25,779 nucleotides of DNA from Anaerovoracaceae bacterium. Lineage in GTDB: Bacteria > Bacillota > Clostridia > Peptostreptococcales > Anaerovoracaceae. The first letter of the stretch is position 1. Every line of letters begins with the position of its first letter. A program made the position numbers and the translations under genes. The stretch lies in contig JBAYOC010000001.1 of assembly GCA_041678465.1 (NCBI GenBank), forward strand, positions 1 through 25,779. Direction: 5' to 3'. This document shows positions 10,364 through 16,715 of this stretch, piece after piece. The notes below the pieces were generated by a model that saw nothing but the letters and a program-made list of their open reading frames with translations, ran no database searches and was not told where the DNA came from.

Positions 10364-10422
10364 GGTGCCCTCCTTATTTTCCCTCAAAAGTATGGGGAAA
10401 AAGTTATAATCTAATAATCATT

Positions 10423-10451
10423 ATTATATATAGCGATTACAGATATGTCAA
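10423..10451 (-). promoter_or_regulatory. Consensus sigma-A promoter for the SGNH gene
   Basis: Minus strand TTGACA (10451-10446), 17-nt spacer, TATAAT (10428-10423). Confidence 0.85.
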
Positions 10452-10479
10452 TATAGATTATAGTTATTACATAAAAGGT

Positions 10480-10508
10480 TTGTAAAACTACCATTTGACT
10501 GTTACAAT
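10480..10508 (+). promoter_or_regulatory. Probable sigma-A promoter for the DUF1836 gene
   Basis: TTGTAA (10480-10485), 17-nt spacer, extended -10 TG-T-TACAAT (10500-10508). Confidence 0.6.
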
Positions 10509-10583
10509 ATTACATGTCGGTTTGGAAATTCGCCCTAATAAGAGGATGCCCATATTCCCAGAGAATAAAACGGAGTGAATGCA

Positions 10584-11081
10584 ATGGATGAACTAAAAAT
10601 ACTTAAGCAACGGATGGAAAAGGAGCGGCCTGTTGAATGGTCGAACTTTCCGGACATCAACCTCTATAAGGATCAAGTAGTAGCCTATCTAAAGAGGCAA
10701 CTCATACATTTAGAGAGTGAAGGGCAGTTGACCCCTGCCATGATCAGCAATTATGTAAAGGATAAGCTGCTACCCAAAGCAGACGGAAAAAAATACGGTA
10801 AAAAACATCTGGCTGTGTTAACAGAGATAAGTCTGCTGAAACAGGTTCTTACGGTACGGGATATGGGAGTATTATTGCAGGAGGATGCACAGGAGAATAA
10901 TCCCGAAATTTTTTATAACAACTTTGTGGCAATCCTCGACAAAGCTCTATCCCGGACCGCATCCAAGATCGACGAAAATGCAGATGAGGAAGATGTTTTT
11001 GATTTGGCCCTGGAATTTGCCATTGAGAGTTATTGCGCTAAACTTGCCTGCGAAAATCTCATAGGACTAATGAAGGAATAG
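10584..11081 (+). CDS. DUF1836-family protein (putative HTH transcriptional regulator)
   Basis: W..FPDINLYKDQV, LTPAMISNYVK..LLP...KKY match my recollection of the DUF1836 signature; GGAG 8 nt before ATG 10584 (listed GTG 10575 overlaps the RBS). Confidence 0.8.
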   Translation: MDELKILKQRMEKERPVEWSNFPDINLYKDQVVAYLKRQLIHLESEGQLTPAMISNYVKDKLLPKADGKKYGKKHLAVLTEISLLKQVLTVRDMGVLLQEDAQENNPEIFYNNFVAILDKALSRTASKIDENADEEDVFDLALEFAIESYCAKLACENLIGLMKE

Positions 11082-11203
11082 GCAAAGACAGCTGGAGATG
11101 TATTTACATTAATCGATTCAGTAGAGCTTATAGAGGGTAATATAAAAACAAGAATCCGGTAAGCCTAACCCGTGTTAGTACATGTGAAGAAGAGGAGATA
11201 GAG

Positions 11204-11431
11204 TTGAAAAAAATAATAGATATTAAAGGAATGACCTGCGCCCATTGCCAGGCTGCTGTAGAGAAAGCCCTGAACGGCATCGATGGAGTAGAAGCAAAGG
11301 TGGATCTGAAAAAGAATCAGGCCACGGTGAACCTGCAAAAAGAGATTGCGGATGAGGTCTTAAAAGAAGCCATTGAAGAGGCAGGCTATGAGGTTACATC
11401 CATAACTGTGAAAAAGGGTCTATTTAGCTAA
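11204..11431 (+). CDS. copZ: Heavy-metal-associated (HMA) domain protein, CopZ-like chaperone
   Basis: GMTCAHC metal-binding motif, 75 aa, EEAGY C-terminal motif, GAGGAG RBS. Metal specificity is not established from sequence. Confidence 0.8.
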   Translation: MKKIIDIKGMTCAHCQAAVEKALNGIDGVEAKVDLKKNQATVNLQKEIADEVLKEAIEEAGYEVTSITVKKGLFS

Positions 11432-11438
11432 AACAAAA

Positions 11439-11504
11439 AACCTACCAAAGGGACAGACCCCGTGGCTGCTTTTGCCCCCACGGGGTCTGTCCCTTTGGTT
11501 GTTA
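11439..11504 (-). repeat. 66-nt palindromic REP/REPIN-like element, copy 2 (likely also the bidirectional terminator between copZ and ychF)
   Basis: Perfect 22-bp inverted repeat 11444-11465 / 11478-11499 with a 12-nt loop; on the minus strand it starts at the ychF TAA and is followed by TTTTTTG. Confidence 0.9.
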
Positions 11505-12596
11505 TACGTTGAACAGGAAGTGTATTACATCTCCGTCTTTGACTTCGTAATCTTTTCCCTCGGAGCGAACCAAGCCCTTTTCTTTGGCAGTAGCCAGGTT
11601 GCCGCCACAGGCGATCAGCTTGTCGTAAGCAATGGTTTCCGCCCGGATGAAACCCTTCTCAAAATCTGTATGAATCTTACCTGCAGCCTGAGGAGCCTTC
11701 ATGCCGCGGGTGATTGTCCATGCCCGGACCTCCGGTACACCGGCAGTTAGGAAAGAAATTAAATTCAGAAGCTTGTAGGAAGCCTTAATAAGCTTATCAA
11801 GGCCGGATTCGGCAATGCCCAGATCCTCAAAAAAAGCAGCCTTTTCTTCTTCGTCCAGTTCGGCAATCTCTGCCTCTAATTTTGCACAGAGCACTACAAC
11901 TTCGGAGCCTTCTTTTTCTGCAAACTCCCGAACTTTAGTAACATAGTCATTGTCTGTACCCTCTGCCACCATGTCTTCTGAGACATTTGCCGCATAGATG
12001 ACAGGCTTGTAGGTCAACAGATCAAGGGACTTGACGAATAAGTCATCTTCCTCGCTGAAATCCAGCGATCTTGTTGTAATGCCGCTCTCAAGGGCATCTT
12101 TAATTCTGGCTAGAACAGCGATCTCTGACTGAAGCCCTTTGTCACCTTTGAGGTTTTTCTGCGTTCTTTGAATTCGACGGTCAATGACTTCTAAATCGGA
12201 GAAAATCAACTCCAGATTGATGGTCTCAATGTCGGAAAGAGGGGAGACCTTGCCATCCACATGAACCACATTCGGGTCGTCAAAGCAGCGGACTACGTGT
12301 ACGATAGCAGCTACCTCCCGGATATGCCCCAAGAACTTGTTCCCCAGACCTTCGCCCCGGGAAGCACCTTTAACCAAGCCGGCAATATCGTAAAACTCAA
12401 TGGATGTATATACAGTTTTTTTCGAGTTGTACATTTCGTGTAGGACTTTGAGGCGTTCATCAGGTACTACCACCACGCCGATGTTGGGTTCAATGGTGCA
12501 GAAGGGATAGTTAGCCGCTTCCGCTCCGGCTTTTGTAATCGCATTAAAAAGCGTGCTCTTGCCAACGTTAGGCAAGCCTACGATACCCAATTTCAT
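11502..12596 (-). CDS. ychF: Redox-regulated ATPase/GTPase YchF
   Basis: [68 protein letters not shown]. Confidence 0.98.
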   Translation of the reverse strand: MKLGIVGLPNVGKSTLFNAITKAGAEAANYPFCTIEPNIGVVVVPDERLKVLHEMYNSKKTVYTSIEFYDIAGLVKGASRGEGLGNKFLGHIREVAAIVHVVRCFDDPNVVHVDGKVSPLSDIETINLELIFSDLEVIDRRIQRTQKNLKGDKGLQSEIAVLARIKDALESGITTRSLDFSEEDDLFVKSLDLLTYKPVIYAANVSEDMVAEGTDNDYVTKVREFAEKEGSEVVVLCAKLEAEIAELDEEEKAAFFEDLGIAESGLDKLIKASYKLLNLISFLTAGVPEVRAWTITRGMKAPQAAGKIHTDFEKGFIRAETIAYDKLIACGGNLATAKEKGLVRSEGKDYEVKDGDVIHFLFNV

Positions 12597-12630
12597 TCAT
12601 TTTCTCCCTTATAATAAATAGTCAGTACGG

Positions 12631-13395
12631 TTAATAAAAAAGCCTACCTTTACGGTTGTATTTTCGCTCCATTTTTATCAAAAGGAGCAGGAATACGATA
12701 AATACCACAGCACTCACCAGTTGGGCAGTCCTGAAAGAACCAATCATCAGGCTGTCAGTGCGAAGTTGCTCAACAAAAAAGCGCTCAACAGAATATAGGA
12801 TGCCATATAATAAAAAGGCTCTGCCATTGTATTTGCTTCGATTGTCAATGAATATGAGCACGAAGAACATACTCAGTAACCACAATGATTCATAGAGGAA
12901 TGTGGGATGTACCATTTCACCTCTTACTAAAATAGCCCAGGGAAGGTCTGTGGGCCCGCCGTGAGCCTCCTGATTGAAGTAATTTCCCCAACGCCCGATG
13001 GCCTGCGCCAGGGCGATGGACGGAACCATTAAATCCAATAAGTTCAAGGGAGCGATTTTCCAGACTCTACAGAAGATTGCAGCAGCTAACATACCTAGCA
13101 GTAAACCGCCATGAATCGCCAGTCCTCCGTTACGAAGATTGATAATTTGAAAGAAATCTCCTTCGTAAAGCTCCCAATTAAACAGCACATAGTACAGCCT
13201 TGCACCAATGACGCCGGCAGGTATTGAAATCAATGCCAGGTCAACGACTTTTTCGCTGGGTATTTGATGCCCGGGAGCCCTGTAATAGGCAATCAGCAAA
13301 CCTGCCAACATGCCGAAGGCAATACAGATCCCATACCATCGGATATCCTGTCCTAATACCGTAAATGCGACGGGGTTTGGTTCATATAAAAACAT
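12631..13395 (-). CDS. lgt: Prolipoprotein diacylglyceryl transferase
   Basis: IRWYG, GARLYYV, GGLAIHGG, GRWGNYFNQE, HPTFLYES; GGAGG RBS. Confidence 0.97.
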   Translation of the reverse strand: MFLYEPNPVAFTVLGQDIRWYGICIAFGMLAGLLIAYYRAPGHQIPSEKVVDLALISIPAGVIGARLYYVLFNWELYEGDFFQIINLRNGGLAIHGGLLLGMLAAAIFCRVWKIAPLNLLDLMVPSIALAQAIGRWGNYFNQEAHGGPTDLPWAILVRGEMVHPTFLYESLWLLSMFFVLIFIDNRSKYNGRAFLLYGILYSVERFFVEQLRTDSLMIGSFRTAQLVSAVVFIVFLLLLIKMERKYNRKGRLFY

Positions 13396-13449
13396 ATTAT
13401 GTCCTCCGATCGCTTTGCTCCAATAGAAATATCTTATACTTAAAAAATA

Positions 13450-13478
13450 ATTATACAGGAAAAACTGCGACGATGCAA
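13450..13478 (-). promoter_or_regulatory. Probable sigma-A promoter for lgt-ychF
   Basis: Minus strand TTGCAT (13478-13473), 17-nt spacer, TATAAT (13455-13450). Confidence 0.65.
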
Positions 13479-13577
13479 TGTTTAGCCGGAAAAGGCGTAT
13501 GGTATTTTACTGCTACTTGTGGTAAAATAAAACAAACTATAAGTCCGGGAGAGTTACGAGGACAAAGGAGGAATTTG

Positions 13578-14432
13578 ATGGCAAACGAACACAGATTTGC
13601 GGTATTGATAGATGCAGATAACATATCAGACAAATATATAAAATTTATACTTGATGAGATTTCCAACGAAGGGGTGGCTACCTACAAGAGGATATACGGT
13701 GACTGGACCAGACCCGCATTGGGCAACTGGAAAAGTGTGCTGCTGGAGTATTCGATTACCCCCATTCAGCAATACGGGTATACCACGGGGAAGAATTCAA
13801 CGGATGCAGCCATGATCATCGACGCGATGGATATTTTGTATTCGGGCAATGTGGACGGTTTCTGCCTCGTCACCAGTGACAGCGATTTTACCCGCTTGGC
13901 ATCCAGACTGCGGGAATCGGGTATGGACGTGGTGGGAATGGGTGAGAAGAAAACGCCGAAAGCCTTTATTGTGGCTTGCAATAAGTTGAAGTACCTCGAC
14001 ATTCTAGCCAAGGGAGAAACCCATGCAAAGGAAAAGGAAAAGGAAAAGGAAGATTCCATAAAGGAAAGAATCATAAAATCGAAAGCAGAACAAGTCAAGA
14101 AGGAAAAGATCGTAATTCCTTTACCGGAAGGATTTGAAGATACAGAAGAAGATGCGGAGATGACGCCCTTCGAGACGATCAAGGAAGCGGTTCTCACCAT
14201 TATCAGAGAAAACTCGGATGAGGATGATTGGGTCTTCATCGGCGATATTGGCAATATGCTGTTAAAGCGGTATCCAGACTTCGACGTTCGAAATTTCGGA
14301 TTCAAGAAATTAACACCCTTTATTCGATCAATAGATTGTATACAGATAAAGACGGTAAGGCATGGAAACAGCATGCTGGTCTACGTAAAGGAAAAGGAAA
14401 GCTGCGAAGTGAAGCCCACAAAGAAGAAATAA
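13578..14432 (+). CDS. NYN-domain ribonuclease with C-terminal OST-HTH/LOTUS domain
   Basis: AVLIDADN, GKNSTDAAMIIDAMD, LVTSDSDF (NYN acidic residues); YPDFDVRNFGFKKL (OST-HTH). AAGGAGG RBS before ATG 13578; the listed upstream extension overlaps lgt and its promoter. Confidence 0.88.
   Translation: MANEHRFAVLIDADNISDKYIKFILDEISNEGVATYKRIYGDWTRPALGNWKSVLLEYSITPIQQYGYTTGKNSTDAAMIIDAMDILYSGNVDGFCLVTSDSDFTRLASRLRESGMDVVGMGEKKTPKAFIVACNKLKYLDILAKGETHAKEKEKEKEDSIKERIIKSKAEQVKKEKIVIPLPEGFEDTEEDAEMTPFETIKEAVLTIIRENSDEDDWVFIGDIGNMLLKRYPDFDVRNFGFKKLTPFIRSIDCIQIKTVRHGNSMLVYVKEKESCEVKPTKKK
14028..14051 (+). repeat. (AAGGAA)4 in-frame microsatellite encoding (KE)4
   Basis: Four perfect hexamers in the linker between the NYN and OST-HTH domains. 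Confidence 0.8.
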
Positions 14433-14436
14433 AAGC

Positions 14437-14463
14437 AACTGCCACGGTAATCCCGTGGCAGTT
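14437..14463. terminator. Hairpin between convergent NYN and Cys-rich genes (probable bidirectional terminator)
   Basis: AACTGCCACGG-TAATC-CCGTGGCAGTT, perfect 11-bp stem with AT-rich flanks. Confidence 0.75.
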
Positions 14464-14487
14464 ATTTAATTCTACGCTATTCTGAAT

Positions 14488-15801
14488 TTACCAGCTGCAG
14501 CCGTTGTTGCCGAAGAACTGGCAAGCGTTCCTGGCTCCTGCAACCGATCGATTGTGGTTGCATCCTCTGAATCGATCGTCACGGCATCCGCGGGAGCGTC
14601 CGCCAACACTATCGCAAATCTCTTCACAGAGCTCTTCGCAGAGCTCTTCGCAGAACTCTTCACAAAAATTTCCCCTGTTTCTTTCGCAGACATCATCCCG
14701 AATACGGCAGGGATTGCGGTCGCTCTCACAAACATCCTCCTCCCGGTCACCCTTGCGGCAACCGAAATTAGAATTTAGAGCACAGGTATTCGCATGGTGG
14801 AAACCGGCTCCTGCCAGATTATTGCAAGGGTCTGTGGTATTTCGTCGCTCTGATGCCAGTTCTCCGGCAACACTCTCGCAGGGAAGAAGCCCTTCCTGAG
14901 CATTTATCGAGAATAGGGTACGGCGTACGCTTTCCACATGCACTTCCGGTTCCAGCACAACCTTGCTCTTGAACACCAGAGTGGGTTCGTTTCTGCCGGG
15001 GAAAAACTCGGCACTAAGGCCGGGAGCCTCTAAAGTAAACGGCGGCGGGCAAGATCTGCTGTTGCACTTAACCTTCAGTTCCGGATTTACCAGCTTGACC
15101 TGGCCACTAAAATGGAAGGCAACATCCGCAGCAATTCCGTTCTGGGTACAAGGGACAGAGAAATTGGGGATTGCAAAGTTGGAGCAGCAGGTTGCGGGCA
15201 GCACAGTAGGTGGTCCATCATCTGCATTGCTGATTTCAGCCCGGAAGCAACAGGTCCTTCCTCCTGTAGTAACTGTACCTTCCAGTACATAGGTGGCACG
15301 GATTTCCCATGTGCATACGTCCCTGATCGACAGGAAGTTCTTGCTGGGTAGGCCTGCTTCGAGACAATTCCGATGCTGAAGTCTGGATGCCAGTTCCGAT
15401 ATACCGACGAGGTAGCGGCCGTTTTGGAAGACGACCGAATCAACCTCTTCTCCGTCGATAGTAACCTGGGACGGGCTGATGTTTCCCGGAGGGCTCGTTT
15501 CTATGAAGTCCAGCACAGCAAAGGCTTTCTCAATTTCGAAAACAGCATTGCAATCCAGTTCGGCAGGATTGCAGCCACAGCCGCAGCCTCTGTCCGCAGT
15601 GGTAAACTTTACTTCGAAGTCTTCGGAGTCACACCTCGTATCCAGGCAGAAAAACACCGGACAACTCGTGTCACTATTAAAGGAAAATACTTTATCTATA
15701 TATACTAAATTTGGCTCCCTATCACCAAAATCGACATTGCTTGTATCGATATTCGTTCCGCAGAGACCTGCGGGGTCAAGTTCGCATTTTCTTCTTTTCA
15801 T
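14488..15801 (-). CDS. Cys-rich hypothetical protein (about 34 Cys in 437 aa), candidate spore coat/exosporium protein
   Basis: Longest ORF of the region, with plausible RBS (GAGGT 9 nt before ATG 15801; ATG 15825 is an alternative); GCGCGC, two CC pairs and (F/L)CEE repeats. The function is inference only. Confidence 0.7.
   Translation of the reverse strand: MKRRKCELDPAGLCGTNIDTSNVDFGDREPNLVYIDKVFSFNSDTSCPVFFCLDTRCDSEDFEVKFTTADRGCGCGCNPAELDCNAVFEIEKAFAVLDFIETSPPGNISPSQVTIDGEEVDSVVFQNGRYLVGISELASRLQHRNCLEAGLPSKNFLSIRDVCTWEIRATYVLEGTVTTGGRTCCFRAEISNADDGPPTVLPATCCSNFAIPNFSVPCTQNGIAADVAFHFSGQVKLVNPELKVKCNSRSCPPPFTLEAPGLSAEFFPGRNEPTLVFKSKVVLEPEVHVESVRRTLFSINAQEGLLPCESVAGELASERRNTTDPCNNLAGAGFHHANTCALNSNFGCRKGDREEDVCESDRNPCRIRDDVCERNRGNFCEEFCEELCEELCEEICDSVGGRSRGCRDDRFRGCNHNRSVAGARNACQFFGNNGCSW
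14620..14667 (-). repeat. Four 12-nt tandem units encoding FCEE-FCEE-LCEE-LCEE
   Basis: Plus strand CTCTTCACAGAG CTCTTCGCAGAG CTCTTCGCAGAA CTCTTCACAAAA. Confidence 0.85.
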
Positions 15802-15859
15802 TCTATCTTTACCTCTCTTGATCATGTTCTATCTGCGCCTCCTTTCGGAGACTTTTATC

Positions 15860-15965
15860 TATTGGGATCGCTAGTACTCTGTAACACCTAAAAAGTCTAT
15901 TTGAAAAAATATTCGGCGCATCTGTAACGACATTTAGATGTTACAGAGTACTGGCGTTCCCAATA
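15860..15965. repeat. 33-bp imperfect inverted repeat with 40-nt spacer (MITE-like or long RNA hairpin)
   Basis: TATTGGGATCGCTAGTACTCTGTAACACCTAAA (15860-15892) vs reverse complement of 15933-15965 TATTGGGAACGCCAGTACTCTGTAACATCTAAA: 30/33 identical; TA at both outer ends. Confidence 0.85.
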
Positions 15966-16201
15966 TGTATTGAGAGGCACATTGTTTCCCTACATCATAT
16001 GAGAAAACAATGCGGATGCTACTAATTAGTACCGGTAGCATTAATAAAAGGATTATCAGCCACTCTGAAAGACCGCAAAAACCAGCATTTAGTATGCCCG
16101 TCCTGCAGCTCCACAAAATCTAGTAGCATCTGATGACCCCCGCCCCCAAGTGTCATAAAACATCGAAAAATAGGCAAAGATGCCCACGTTTTTACCATGC
16201 A

Positions 16202-16236
16202 GTGGTTGCAAAGTGGTGGGGAGTGGAGTATAGTGG
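16202..16236 (+). promoter_or_regulatory. dcw promoter with MraZ-binding direct repeats
   Basis: TTGCAA (16206-16211), 17 nt, TATAGT (16229-16234), overlapped by GTGG boxes at 16202, 16213, 16223, 16233 (10-11-nt period), as in known MraZ operators. Confidence 0.8.
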
Positions 16237-16267
16237 AGGTAATCAAATAAGAATCGGGAGAAGTAGC

Positions 16268-16696
16268 ATGTTTATCGGAGAGTATCAACACTCTATAGAT
16301 GCCAAGGGCAGGATTATCGTTCCTTCAAAATTCAGGGACGAGCTTGGTTATAAGTTTATCCTGACCAAGGGTCTGGATAACTGCCTTTTCATCTACTCGT
16401 CAGAAGAGTGGAAGAAGTTTGAAGACAAGCTGATGAATCTCCCCGTAGCCAGCAAGGATGCGAGAGCATTTGTTCGCTACTTCTTTTCTAGCGCCGTAGA
16501 GTGCGAAACAGACAAACAAGGCAGGCTTACAATTCCCCAAAACCTTAGAGAGCATGCAAAGATCGATAAGGAACTGGTGACCATCGGCGTAATGAGTCGC
16601 GTTGAGGTATGGAGCAAGCAGCAGTGGATAAACTACGGAAGCGATAACCTGAGCTATGACGAGATTGCAGAAAAAATGGCCGAGCTTGGAATATAA
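16268..16696 (+). CDS. mraZ: Transcriptional regulator MraZ
   Basis: [33 protein letters not shown]; 142 aa from ATG 16268 with GGGAG RBS. Confidence 0.97.
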   Translation: MFIGEYQHSIDAKGRIIVPSKFRDELGYKFILTKGLDNCLFIYSSEEWKKFEDKLMNLPVASKDARAFVRYFFSSAVECETDKQGRLTIPQNLREHAKIDKELVTIGVMSRVEVWSKQQWINYGSDNLSYDEIAEKMAELGI

Positions 16697-16715
16697 CAAC
16701 CCGGAGGAAGCTCCA

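Noticed and set aside
13365-13577. N-terminal extensions in the ORF track for NYN (also mraZ from 16133, the GPH transporter from 8229, murD from 24050)
   Set aside because: They overlap promoters, terminators or neighbouring genes; downstream ATGs fit better and mostly have clear Shine-Dalgarno sequences (weak for the transporter).
14620-14667. Tandem 12-nt repeats as a possible CRISPR array or an alternative SSQS/SAKS protein
   Set aside because: No spacers; the units are in frame with the long minus-strand ORF, and the overlapping plus-strand ORFs are shadows.
15872-15884. TAGTACTCTGTAA matches 13 nt of the S. aureus Cas9 CRISPR repeat as I recall it; the IR looked like a repeat:anti-repeat pair
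   Set aside because: No cas gene, no direct-repeat/spacer array, and the rest of the arm does not match; only a genome-wide CRISPR search could revive this.
16090-16120. CATACTA on the minus strand as a SigG-type -10
   Set aside because: No GnATr -35 at 17-18 nt spacing.
8100-16200. Middle block as a genomic island or defence system
   Set aside because: No integrase, transposase, tRNA, flanking direct repeats or recognisable defence gene set; core genes ychF and lgt sit in the middle.
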